64,000 nucleotides of DNA from Eledone cirrhosa. Taxonomy: Eukaryota. The translations under genes were made by a program, and so were the position numbers. The notes beneath the pieces are model-generated. The model searched no databases. It was not told the DNA's origin and worked only from the letters and a program-made list of their open reading frames with translations. The stretch lies in contig OZ024741.1 of NCBI GenBank assembly GCA_964016885.1, positions 290,284,001-290,348,000 of the forward strand, given 5' to 3'. Below, in pieces: positions 39,889 through 55,071 of the stretch (position 1 is the stretch's first letter; each line of letters opens with the position of its first letter).

Positions 39889-40629
39889 GAATATATATAT
39901 ATGTGTCTGAGTGTGTGTGAGCGCGTGTGTGTGTGTTTGTGTGTGAGAGTGTTTCTGTGCGTGTGTTTGTGTTTAGGAAAAATAACTTGAAAATGCAATT
40001 GGATTATCTAAGAAGATTTATTGATAATAATCTTTCTGGTTTCACAGTTGGATGATTTTCAAAATTAAGTGACATGGAAAGATGTTTGGCTATGCCGTAA
40101 TGTGTTGTATATCTAATAGTTTGGGAATTACTTTTCCCTTTTATCCAAAAAAGTGTCTCATATTGTTGAGTAAAATTGATTTGTTTTGGATGATCACGTG
40201 GTTAGTTATAGAGTTTTGTTGCAGTTTTTTTTACGCCAAAAGTTGATCACGTGATTAGGAATAGAATGTTATTGTAGAACTTTTTGGATATTCACGTACC
40301 ATTTAATAGACTTGACTGCTTAACACAATAAAATGCACACTAATTTCTTTTGCAATTGTCGCTAGATTTTTTCACTCAACCATGATAGTCCCAATTTTGG
40401 AGACAAAATCTACAACAAAATTCTATTCATAATCACGTGAAAATCGACATTCGGCTCAAGAACACTACAAAACTCTATAACAACTCGTCACCTACTCGTA
40501 CTCCCTTTGTCGGTTAGCTCAGGCGCCTGCGCACAATAACAGATCTATAGTCCCAAGAGCGAAACTAGCTTTGTCACGACATGACTCTCATAACATCACA
40601 TCTTTGCACATATATGTATATAATATATA

Positions 40630-40877
40630 GGTTCCAAGTTGTGTCGGGAGGTAATCACAGTTACAAAAGGTAATCAATAAGTTGGTTGAATTTAGGCATT
40701 TTTATTTCATACAGAAATGATTTCTGCAGGACTGGAACTTGTTTTATTCGTATGAAAACTCATGATTTCATACGAATGAAATAGAACGTTAAGACACTCT
40801 TCTTGCTATATCAAGCGTTAACCTAATATATCCCTTCCATATATACTGTACCGATTGTGTTGTTGTTTCTGTTTACC

Positions 40878-40882
<5 letters not shown>
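40630..40882. mobile_element. Two fused PLE terminal-repeat relics with a central hairpin
   Basis: Left part resembles 26708-26830 ('gaggtaa.cacagt', 'caggact.gaact'). Hairpin tttattcgtatgaaa/tttcatacgaatgaaa. Right part matches 41864-41953. Confidence 0.55.
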
Positions 40883-40974
<92 letters not shown>

Positions 40975-41737
40975 AACTTAAGCTAAAATCCCTTGGGATA
41001 TAAGCTAGACTGTCTAAAATATGTCGGTTTTACTTATAGAGTGCCCCAACTATTTTTTCTGGAATTCAAAAAACGACGTTCCAAGACTTTGCAATATATT
41101 TTATTACTTCTCTGAGTAAATAACATATTAATATATTTTATTAGAGACTTTATAAATTTATATATATAGAGTATGCGTGAGTGTATGTCTGTGTATGTCT
41201 GTGTATTTCTGTATGTAGCAAGAAAGGCAACAATAAGAACACAGGAATTTATATAACAAAGGAGAATTAATATGTTATGAATCGTAGATTCGAGAATTTA
41301 CAACGCCAACTTAGATATTGAAAACAATATGGTGTAAATAAGTGTTGTGACTGGACACACTCCTCATCAATAATAGAACTTATACATACATTCACAAGTA
41401 CAACAGTTACATGCTTACACAACAAAATTGTATTTATTCTATAAACTATGAACACACATGAGTTATAAAACATTTTTTCGCACTAGACAAATCAGTAACT
41501 TCTAAGAGTTGCTTCCGTTAATTTTTTTTTTTTTTAAAATAATTTTCCGCTTCCCACGAGAACTGATTCCTGAAATTTTAAAATGGACGCGTGATTCTTC
41601 TTACGGATTACGATCGTGCAATCCAAGTCAAGCCATAAAGGATGAGAGATATAAATTCTCAAATGCACGATTCATTATATAAACGCGCTCCATAATCCAT
41701 GTTTCTAAAAAAAAACAACCTTACACTAAACGCCTTC

Positions 41738-41955
41738 CAAGAGATGTCAACATGAATGGACCTGTTATTTTTATCTAAAGACATTTTTTCCAATTCCATT
41801 CCGACCGTCCCTTCAATCTATCTTATTTCTCATTCTTTCTTCTGAGGAAGGACTAGCGCCCGAAACGTTAAGACCCTCTTCCTGCTATTTCAAGCGTTAA
41901 CCTAAAATATTCCGTCCATATACTGTACCGATTGTGTTATTTGTTTACCTTTTAC
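41738..41955 (+). mobile_element. Short PLE terminal-repeat element with hammerhead motif
   Basis: CTGAGGA (41842)-aggac-tagc-gccc-GAAA-cgt-TA. Inverted homologue at 46799-47020. Confidence 0.7.
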
Positions 41956-42048
41956 ATACATAAATATATATATATGTGTGTGTATGTGTGTGTGTCTGTG
42001 TGTATCTGTGTCTGTATCTGTGTGTCTGTGTGTGTTAATAAATATATG

Positions 42049-42162
<114 letters not shown>

Positions 42163-42247
42163 CACAGACCCACACACATATTTATTGAATTCAGTAAAGT
42201 ATGAATATTCTATATAACAATGAGTGAGTGTTTATATACATACATAC

Positions 42248-42329
<82 letters not shown>

Positions 42330-42333
42330 GTAC

Positions 42334-42443
<110 letters not shown>

Positions 42444-42447
42444 CTAC

Positions 42448-42504
<57 letters not shown>

Positions 42505-42527
42505 AATATATATACATATATATATAC

Positions 42528-42747
<220 letters not shown>

Positions 42748-42774
42748 ATACTTTGGGAGGGTCATGCTGCCAAT

Positions 42775-42844
<70 letters not shown>

Positions 42845-43219
42845 ATACATATATATAAACAAATATACAAATGATGCCGCTACCTAAATATAGGAAGGGG
42901 CATCATCAACAACAACATGACTAGTAAGAACATCAATAAAAACAACAACGTCACAACAACAATAAAAACAATAGCAATAACAAGAACACCATGAACTGAA
43001 GTCCTAAATGACATGTTTGAACTTTGTTCAGTTACAACATATGTTAATTGAATTAGTCAAATTCAACGTTGACATTTCGTTTCGGATAGTTCTCCATATA
43101 ACCAGTATATTATCATCCATTACATCCCGCGTATACATACGAATATACATCCATATACATATATGTATATATACATATCATACACACACACATATATATA
43201 TACATATATATATATATAT

Positions 43220-43258
<39 letters not shown>

Positions 43259-43549
43259 CATATCATATATACATACATATAAATATATAAATATGTGTGT
43301 GTGTGTGTGTGTGTATACATATACATATGTATACATTTATTATATATATGTATATACATATACATATATATAATAAATGTATACATATGTATATGTATAC
43401 ACACACACACACATATTTATATATATATGTGTGTATGTGTATATATGTATGTATGTATATATATACATATATGTATATATATATATATACGTGTGACTGT
43501 GTTTGTGTATATGTCTCTCTCTCTCATATATATATATATAAGAGAGAGG

Positions 43550-43635
<86 letters not shown>

Positions 43636-44005
43636 GTAGACACATATACGGACATACATTGAAATTGGAGCTATATAATGCGCGTGTGTGTATCTACTGC
43701 AATGGCATTTTATGCCCTCCCGAATGCAGACCTCTGAACACACACAAAATATATGAGATTATATGTGTGTATATGTGTAAATAGTTATACACACATACAC
43801 ATACACATTTACATACTTATACAAACACATCTCGACGAGCGAGAACAAACAAAGAGCAATCAACATAATGTGTAAATTAAATATTAACAGTGGATTCGGT
43901 AGATTGCTTTGTTTACTTCTAAAGAAACTTCTGGTAAAGCTTAATTTTCTATGCATATATATCTATCATACACACACACGTATATATATATATATATATA
44001 TATAT

Positions 44006-46095
44006 AATTCACAAGAATCAAATCTATGTTCAAAGCATTTATTCACTTACAATTGTTTCATCCAAACCTAGGCTTAGGGTCTTCGGACCATTTTTCAATG
44101 TTTGTACACATAATTGACCTTCTTTCCAACGCAAGAGACATACAAATACATATATACATATATATATATGTTAACCTTGGTCTTCCTCTTCTAGTGTGTC
44201 CATGTAGGGGCTCCCAAAGGAGCACTGAGTGCAATGTCAACTCTGGATGTCGGTGAGCATGTCCAGCCAACCTCAGTCTTCTCTGTGTCACTTTTGAGCT
44301 GACTTTTGGGATGCTCCCATACAGCTCTGAGTTTTTCATCCTCAGTGTATACTGATTAATGTTCAGAGCCATAATGTTGATGCCCTAAGGGCAGACACTG
44401 GTCTGTTGGAGATGCAGGATATGGCAGCGATAATGAGGGACAGGGACCGCTGGAGGGAGCTCGTCCATGGATCTCGGGAATTTTACCCGCCTTAGATAGA
44501 TAGATATATATATATACATATATACAGTGGAGTGGCATATATTATACTATACTATTTTTGTACAGCAATTCAAATTCAAAATCAAAATCAAAATCAAAAT
44601 TAAAATAAAAATCAAAATTAAAATACATTCGGCAGATAACACAGATAATGCAAGAGGATAGTTTGATAGTCAGGTCTAGTAGGTAGTGTATGCGTTAGTT
44701 ACACGTGGAGCATGCAAGTGTGTCTCATTTTTATACTATTATTGTGTGGCAGATACGGCAATGAATTATTTATGCATTTGTAATTAAATGTATGGAGTGA
44801 TAACATTGGATATATATAAGATTAATTTATTAACATAAGAGATCTGTCTAACTTTAATGTAGGGTGTTGCAATGAATTATGTATGAATTATATATGAATT
44901 ATATATGCAAGTATAACTTGATGGATAGATTAATGACATTGTAAATGAGGGATGTATTTGTCTGCCCTAGAGATGTATTTTGTTTTGCCATGCAAACAGC
45001 CATACGCTGCTCCATAACTTGCCAGGGGTTATGTAGACAAAATTCTAATAGGTCCCCTGATATGTTCTAAGAGTAGACTGCATTTACAGTGAACTTTTAT
45101 ATAAAGGTATGGCATTTTTTATGGAATATTCAATTGTAGCACTATATAATAGAGAGTAATCAACTTAATATAGATACCTTTAGTACATCATGATAGAGTA
45201 GACTGTATTTAAAATTGGAAACTAGATATACATGTATAACCGTCTATATAAGGGACTCAATTGAGGCGCCTTATAATGTATGTTAAAACAATGAATTTAC
45301 TTATGAGATTCGGCTAGTTACCTCCCTTTACGCATTAACTCCCCTTAATTACTCACATACTTCCGGGTAATAAACCGCTGTAAATTCTCGCAGCAGAATC
45401 AACCTATTCTATAAACTTGGATTAAATAACACTGAGCCTCAATACGCTAAAATAATTTATTTTAATGCATCAAACATTCAATACGGAATCGTCGTTACTT
45501 ATGTGATGGATGTAGAAACTATAACTTACTTTTTCTGAATGTGAAAATGATGGTGGATACGAAAACCATAACTTTCTTTTGCTTCTTCGTTTTATTTTTA
45601 TTTTTCTGTACACATACTTTTTTGTTCTATACAAAAAATACCTTACCACTACAACCACCATAATAATCTTTCTTACCCGCTTAAAGTGCTTGCATTACGT
45701 GTAACACCCTGCCACACAATAATAGTATAAAAATGAGACACACTTGCATGCTCCACGTGTAACTAACGCGTACACTACCTACTAGACCTGACTATCAAAC
45801 TATCCTCTTGCATTATCTGTGTTATCTGCCGAATGTATTTTAATTTTGATTTTGATTTTAATTTTGACTTTGATTTTGATTTTGAATTTGAATTGTTGTA
45901 CAAAAATAGTATAGTATAATATATGCCACTGTACATCAATATATATATATGTATCTGTATGTCTCTTGCGTTGGAAAGGAGGTCAATTATGTGTACAAAC
46001 ATTGAAAAATGGTCCGAAGACCCCAAGCCTAGGTTTGGATGAAACAATTGTAAGTGAATAAATGCGTTGAACATAGCTTTGATTCTTATGAATTC
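44006..46095. mobile_element. Non-coding element with about 390-bp inverted terminal repeats carrying HHR-like motifs (PLE-derived)
   Basis: Left arm 44006-44155 + 44522-44751 is the reverse complement of 45709-46095. Each arm has CCGAAGA-stem II(cc..aagcc-ta-ggtttgg)-GAAA-CAATTG-TA. Confidence 0.8.
44168..44503 (+). mobile_element. RTE-clade LINE 3' end with 5' inversion
   Basis: Minus 44372-44168 gives MALNI..NSELYGSIPKVSSKVTQRRLRLAGHAHRH..LLWEPLHGHTRRGRPRLTY. Plus 44376-44494 continues VDALRADTGLLEMQDMAAIMRDRDRWRELV..*, followed by a (TAGA)n tail. Confidence 0.85.
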
Positions 46096-46259
46096 TATAT
46101 AACTGCTCTGTAGAACAACTGATGTTATTACATTGAGCTATTTATCTTACTGGTAATAAGGTAGTAATAAATAACTGACCTTCACTGTTTAGGGTTTAAA
46201 ATATACATAACTATAAAAAGTTTTAATATATACATAACCATAAATAGTATCCCTAATAT

Positions 46260-46314
<55 letters not shown>

Positions 46315-46392
46315 TTATTTAAATATTTATACTCTGCTTTATACCCTCGATTGCCGATTGAACCTGGGATAAACACACACACGCACACACAA

Positions 46393-46484
<92 letters not shown>

Positions 46485-46713
46485 ACACACACACACACAC
46501 ACATACGCGCGCGCACACACACTTATAAAATGTAGGTGATTCAGTGAATTAGTCGTGGTGGTACTAAATCAAGTACTCTATACACAGGCAGAGTGTATAT
46601 ATTGAAAAGAACGATGAATTTTGTTTACATATATTTAGATTTTTATTGTGTATCTACCCGTAACTCTAATCCAATCATCTGCAAAATCTAAAAACGAAAC
46701 TCCATCATCTTTT

Positions 46714-46769
<56 letters not shown>

Positions 46770-46798
46770 GTGTGTATGTGTGTGTCTCTGTGTGTGTG

Positions 46799-47020
46799 TA
46801 AAGGGTAAACAGAAATAACAACACAATCGGTACAGTATATGGAAGGAATATAATAGCTTAACGCTTGAAATAGCAGGAAGAGGGACTTAACTTTCGGGCG
46901 CTAGTCCTTCATCAAAAGAAAGAATGAGAAATAAAATAGATTGAAGGGAAGGGTGGGGTGGAATTGGAAAAAAATGTCTTTAGATGAAAATAATAGGTCC
47001 ATTCATGTTGACATCTCTTG
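46799..47020 (-). mobile_element. Short PLE terminal-repeat element, homologue of 41738-41955
   Basis: Minus strand TTGATGA-aggactagcgccc-GAAA-gttaa. Same outer boundary 'caagagatgtcaacatg'. Confidence 0.7.
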
Positions 47021-47180
47021 ACCGGAGTCTCGCTATCAGACAGCCGTTTAAAAACTCATTGCGTCTCTAAATGCTATAAACTTGTCAATTTCGTACTATA
47101 TGCCGATACTAGGGCCGATACTTCCTATGCAAAAGCCATATAGGTTTTAGCTTAAATTTTCCTCAGGAGAGAATGAGTGT

Positions 47181-47225
47181 ATGTTACTGATGACAGATCA
47201 AAATCCAGAAACAGTTGTCTAACAT
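47181..47225 (+). ncRNA. Type-I hammerhead motif
   Basis: Stem I atgtta/taacat, CTGATGA, weakened stem II cagat-caaa-atcca, GAAA, cagttg, TC. Confidence 0.6.
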
Positions 47226-47349
47226 TCTTGTCGTAACTGAGATAGCTATGACACGAGCACATTTTAAAATATATTCATAGCGGGACTCTCGTATGTTTAT
47301 TATTCCTTAACATATCGTATATATTTTCATATTTTTATATACATAGCTA

Positions 47350-47632
47350 TAATTGTTTCTACTTTTTGGCACAAGATCAGCAATTATCCCAGTGCTTTAT
47401 TTTATCGACCCTGTAAGGATGAAAGGCAACGATAACCTCATACATAAATATAATTGTTTCTACTTTTGGCACAAGGCCAGCAATTACCTAGTGCATTACT
47501 GGTACCTTATTTTATCGACCCCGTAAGGATGAAAGGCAAAGTCAACCTCGGCGGGATTTGAACTCAGATCGTTAAGGGACGTAACTAGGCTGGAAAGTAT
47601 GGCATCCGACCCTCTACCGATACTGCCAATCC
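47350..47632 (-). mobile_element. Two tandem SINE copies (partial + full)
   Basis: 3' end 'ataattgtttctacttttggcacaag' occurs at about 47350 and 47451. Confidence 0.85.
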
Positions 47633-47714
47633 ATAACTATAATGAAGAACGCTTTGTTAAGGCAACTTTGAATTAATGTGTACACACACACACACACACA
47701 CATACATACATACA

Positions 47715-47828
<114 letters not shown>

Positions 47829-49114
47829 TATACTAGTTTTTGGTGGATGACAATTGAGGATCAAAGGGCTCACTATGTAACTAATTCTTCTGGGAGTTTC
47901 TGCAGGAGTATTTGTTGCCCTGATGTCTCTATGCGAACGCCTAAGTATTTGTTTGTGTTCGGATAAATTGTACTAAATCGAAACCATTCGATGTGGGAGA
48001 TGGACTCCGCCAAGTGTGCTTACTCTACCCGCTCCTGATCTTGTATAACATTAGTAACGAAAATATTGTATATACAGAAAAGGTGTCTATACATACATCG
48101 TTGTCTAGGTTATATAGATATATTTTGTATCATAGGATAGTATTGAATGAAAACATTGCTAGCAGAACAATAATTTATTAAACGAACTTTCCGCCACGAA
48201 TATGTTATATGTGATAAGTTGATTATTCAATTAAATAAACATTTAATAATAGGGGTTTTGTAGGTAGTGTATTAGTGAACATTTGAGTGGTTTGCTTATT
48301 TGCTGCTGAAATCTCAACACAAATATGAAATTAGCTTGACTGATCCCTCACATGGTGCTAAAAACCGTAGTACATGATTTTGAGGGAGATTTAAATACAC
48401 TTTCATGCAGAACCTCTCATATGCTTGTTGAATACTTGTTGCAGTTGTTTAAACTCAGGTGTGTTGAATGAGTAAACTTATGATCAAAAACATTCCAGAT
48501 GTTAGGTGATTTGAGTGCTATTTCTAGCAGGTCAAGCTATTAAATATATACACCTTCGCTGACTTGATCATGTTATATAAATGTTTCCTTAGTAATAAAT
48601 GACAATATCGTCTTTTCCAAATATTGAACTCAGAAAGTACGAATTTGTTTAACTCAGACTAAATCTCAATTAAAGAGTCAGGGTGACGTTTCTGTTAACC
48701 CAACTGAATTTTCTCTCCAACACCCTATGCTCGGCGTATTAATATTATACAATAGGGTAAAGCTATTACTGACCTTCAGGTCTGGCTTATATGAGGAGGG
48801 CAGATGGTAATTCGATCCTGAAAATAATTAAACACATATACTCGCCGAATAATCATCGGCCCTCTTTGTTTAACCCCAAACAGAAGTTGTTTCAAATCCG
48901 CAAAGAACACTCCATTCCACAAGCACACACAGTTACACACTTATATACTCATATATTTGCATACATAGACATACACTCACACCCACTCACACATACACTC
49001 ACACCCACTCTCACATACGCACATATACAGACAAATGCCAAAAAACATACATACAGACATAAACATGCACAGACGCAGTTGTATAAATAAACACAATTAT
49101 ACTCAAACTCCCTG

Positions 49115-49184
<70 letters not shown>

Positions 49185-49232
49185 ATGTGTGTGTGTGTGT
49201 GTGTATGTGTGTGTGTGTATGTTTGTGTGTGT

Positions 49233-49335
<103 letters not shown>

Positions 49336-49690
49336 TCTTTTTATGTGCACATACATACCAGGCAAGCCACCAATCTACCAAACAAACTATACAAACACAC
49401 ACGTACACCCGTGCGCTAAAATACCACCATTATTAGCAGACAGAAATAGATTAGCTTATATTTCACAATTATTTACGAAGCCATGCTAGAAATTGGCGTT
49501 GCAGGAATATAAACCACAACAAAACCCTCCTCTTCCTACATACCTTACAACTATCACCAGAACCACTCTAACAAATACATTAAATAAATCTAAGTGGTTA
49601 ATAATTGATATGGGATAGTCTCACATTTTAGTTTTTCGTATTGTTTTTTCATTTAAAAAATATACACATATATACATTAAGCATATGCAT

Positions 49691-49725
<35 letters not shown>

Positions 49726-49762
49726 CATTAAGCATATGCATATATATATACACACACACACG

Positions 49763-49809
<47 letters not shown>

Positions 49810-49828
49810 GTGTGTGTGTGTGCGTGTG

Positions 49829-49909
<81 letters not shown>

Positions 49910-49952
49910 CGTACATATATATATTTATGTACGTATGTATATATATATGTAT

Positions 49953-49989
<37 letters not shown>

Positions 49990-50157
49990 CTTTTGTGATT
50001 GTCTGTGATTATTAAATTACATAATTAGGTACCGAAATTAGTTAACGCAATTTACATTAGTCGTCAGTTAATTAGATTGTACCATCTAAACACACACATA
50101 TTGGCACACAAATACATACATGCATATATATATGTATACACACACACATACATATAA

Positions 50158-50289
<132 letters not shown>

Positions 50290-50989
50290 GTGGTAGATAA
50301 ATCCACGCTTACTGGATACATTAGATGTTTGTCCATATTTAATTGCATTGACTTGTCATCTAGGGTCCATTCCTACAAAATGTTAGTGACCCTGATATAA
50401 GAACATGTTCTAAGTTATATACACATTATATTCACATTAGTATTAGCTTGCAGAACTTACATAAACTGCATGACCTTTTTTTTTTATTTGTAGATTGGTA
50501 ATAGTTGTTGTGGGTGTTTTGTCTGGATCAACGCTACTTATAACAAACAACATGATAGTATAGAAAAAACAGACAAGCAAGACTTCACGTCTACTCCATA
50601 TATACCATGATGCATTTCGCAAATGAAATGTGTATGCATTATCAGGGCCTTCGAGGGAAATTTTACATGGCAAAACAATACTGCTTTTTGCTTCTCATCT
50701 CATAATTTCCACCTTCCCTTCATAATTGATGATTAATGTCCAAATGAACATTAGATACTTATTAACTCACTTCAATAAAGATACTGACATATCATGAATT
50801 TTTGTAAAAGAAAACAAAATATATATAAAAACATGTTATTAAAGACAGCTTATGGCGTATGATTAAGAAAACACAGCTGAACATAATAGCTAATCACCTC
50901 ATACACGTACTGAAGGAGAAACATTTTGTGAAGTATAAATGGTTTTAAATAAATTAGTTGAAACAAGAGCGGTTGATTGGCAAAATTAA

Positions 50990-51170
50990 AAGAGCGGTGG
51001 ATAAAATGTCCTTCCGAGCTTTCTTCTGACATTTTACATTCTGAGTTCAAAACCCACCTAGGTCAACTTTATTGGATCGATAAAAAAGGAAACAGTCAAG
51101 TACTGGGTTTGATTTAATCAATGTTTCCCTACCTCCAACGTTGTTGGCGTTGAGCATAAATTAGAAACCA
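50990..51170 (+). mobile_element. Degenerate SINE
   Basis: 'ttctgagttcaaaacccacctaggtcaacttt..tcgataaaa..gtactggg'. Confidence 0.55.
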
Positions 51171-51257
51171 ATAAGTTTAATATAAAGCAAATTCAAATAC
51201 GTTACTGACAATTTAATTTTTCATTTCCAAACATTTAACCTTGATATATAATTACAA

Positions 51258-51288
<31 letters not shown>

Positions 51289-51349
51289 GCAAACACACGC
51301 AACTACTAACAACGTCTTGGAAGATTGTGGTTCACCAAGTTGTCAACAA

Positions 51350-51650
51350 TATTCTTAAATATCGAAATACCGGGGCTTGAATGGCCGCTTCGTTTTGGCG
51401 TCACTCGCCGTTGAGACCTCAGATGACCTCAGTCGCCGAATTACCGTTTTCCTCCACAAAATCGGGAGGGGTGCATCCCGCTTGAGGAAGGAGCCCTAGG
51501 TGATGGTGTAGCTAATGTTGGGGATGTTACCGGCTGTTTTCCGCGGCAATGCTCCAGTCAATTTTTCTGCAGCACGCAGCTGAAATGGACCATCAAGACT
51601 GGAGTGTAGCATGTGCCGATCATCCCAACAAACTCGTACTTTGGGAACTA
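51350..51650 (+). mobile_element. CRE-like RLE LINE C-terminal fragment
   Basis: KYRGLNGRFVLASLAVETS..FLHKIGR..RKEP*..AVFRGNA, the same family motif as at 16340. Confidence 0.55.
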
Positions 51651-52149
51651 AATATTTTCTCTTTCTTTTTCTTTGTTAGTGCAAACATTATATAGTCCAA
51701 TTGAAATTTGTTGAATAAAATTTGCCGTTTTTCTTTTTAATTTTCAAACTAATCAAAACATTTGGAAAAGACTCGCGAAGTTTCTAGTCCAGCCATGGGC
51801 AAACTTTTTCGAGAAGCGGGCCGCATGCGCTAATTTACATTCGTACCCACATTAAGAAAAGTGGTGGTAACTCAGGTTGTTTTGATTTTTTTCCTCGATC
51901 GTAAAAATGATAGAAAGATAAATTAGTAAAAAAAAATCAGAAAGATTTCACTTAGGTGACTTAGACGAGCAATTCAGATACGTGGATATATTCACCAGAA
52001 ACCAATGTGAAGAAAGGTGGAGATAGCTGGATACTAGGTCGGGTTATATAGTATATCCTTTCTACTGTTCTGGAAATACTACTATACGTTGCGTTGGTTT
52101 TGTGCACGAAGTTAAGTTTATTATTGGATTCATTGAAAAAATAATTCTT

Positions 52150-52330
52150 TTTACTTTTAGCACAAGGCCAACAATTACCCAGTGTATTACTGGTACTTTA
52201 TTTTATCGACCCCATAAGGATGAAAGGCAAAGTTAACCTCGGCGGGATTTGAACTCAGAATGGCAAGGGCCGTAACTCTATGCGTCAAAGCATGGCATCC
52301 GACCCTCTGCCGATACTGCCAACCCACCGC
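52150..52330 (-). mobile_element. Full-length SINE
   Basis: Near-identical reverse complement of 19855-20042. Confidence 0.9.
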
Positions 52331-52646
52331 TCTTTCATTGAAAAAATAATGTTGTAGATACTGATAATGATGATAATATCAATATCAACAACAATAACAA
52401 TGATAATAACAATAAGTTTGAAAGAATGATAACAGTAACAACGACAAGTTTAACATCCCACATTGGGCTTCCTCATTACTTTTTTAAATATGTATATTTT
52501 AAAATTAAATTTTGCAATAATACGTACAGTTCAATGATGTAGATTACGATGACGGTAATGAAATTTGAAAAAATAAAATAACGGACACAGACGAGAAAAC
52601 CATATTTTCTCGCCGGTTTTCAAGTCCAGCAGTTGCAAGAGTGGGA

Positions 52647-52700
52647 GGGATAGTCCTGATGAGAACCAGTTAAGCTCGAAATGCATCAACGATTGTCCCC
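52647..52700 (+). ncRNA. Minimal PLE-type hammerhead motif
   Basis: CTGATGA (52656)-gaac..gctc-GAAA-TGCA(palindrome)-TC. Flanks gggatagtc/gattgtccc can pair. (TA)n about 130 nt downstream. Confidence 0.6.
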
Positions 52701-52815
52701 CTTGCTTCTGCTGGACACCACCAGAGAGCGATAGCTCCGGTGTTTTGCATAGCTACGGCTTTCTTAATGTTTAACTATAAACATATCGTATTTCTTTAGA
52801 AATACGAAATTTCAA

Positions 52816-53996
<1,181 letters not shown>

Positions 53997-54355
53997 ATAT
54001 ACACATATGATATAGAAGTAGAAATATATGTGTGTGAGAGAGAATGTGTATGTGTGCCTGTGTGTGTGATCAAGTGCCTATGGGTGGGTGTCTGGCTGGG
54101 TGTGGGTGGGTGTATGTGGGTGTGTCCGAATGAGTATATTCCATATATATTTTTCTGAGAGTATGATAACTTTTCATGTGCTCTTGACTATTGAATTACT
54201 GACAGTGTTGTTGGTAATGTACGTTATTATAAGGTCAGTCAACTTTCTCAGATGTCTTACGGAGCTAGGTTATGTAAACAATCATACTTAAGTCTAAATA
54301 CATATATATTGCAGCTGTTTATGACGTGTGTATTGACAAATAGAGGGCTAGATAT

Positions 54356-54415
<60 letters not shown>

Positions 54416-54631
54416 CGAGAGCGAGAGAGAGAGAGAGAGATAAAGGGATTTATTAATAGATAGACAGATAGAAAGATAGGTAAATAGATTGATAAGTATA
54501 TTAAATATTTGATTGTTTGATCAAATAATTGTTTGATTGGATAATTGATCGATGGATGGATGGATAAATGGATGGATAGATAGATAGATTGGTAGAGAGA
54601 GAGTTAGAAAGATGGATAGATAAATAGATAG

Positions 54632-54905
54632 ATATCTTTCTTTATTTGCCACAAGGACGTACAAGAAATGATACATTACAAGACGTGACGGCGAGAGTTT
54701 TACATAAAAATCGTATAAACTTTAACATTAATAAATAACAATAAACGATATATTAAAAAAATAACAATCGAGGTGTGTGTGTGTGGGGGGGGGGGGTGTT
54801 TACTGCGGGGTTGTTTTACACCCCGTGGATAGAACAACCATCAACACCAGGAACACGTTTTGTAGGTGTTCCTGTCTTCCCTCTTTTTGTCTTCTGCAAC
54901 CTACA
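54632..54905 (-). mobile_element. Tx1-like LINE 3' UTR-only copy (D)
   Basis: Terminus 'ttgtggcaaataaagaaagat' + (CTAT)n. Shares 'gatagaacaacc..ccagga' with the UTR of copy A. Confidence 0.7.
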
Positions 54906-55071
54906 GGTTTATATAGATAGAGATAAACAAGTAAATAGAAAGATAGATAGATAGATAGATTAAAAAGTAAATAGATAGACAGGTAGGGAGATAGGCAGAT
55001 AGATGGATAAACATATATATATATATATAAAGAGAGAGAGAGAGAGAGAGCGAGAGAGAAATAAATAGATA

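Noticed and set aside
47990-48045. RT-like motif GLRQVCLLYPLL
   Set aside because: Probably an ancient LINE remnant, but too short and degraded to delimit
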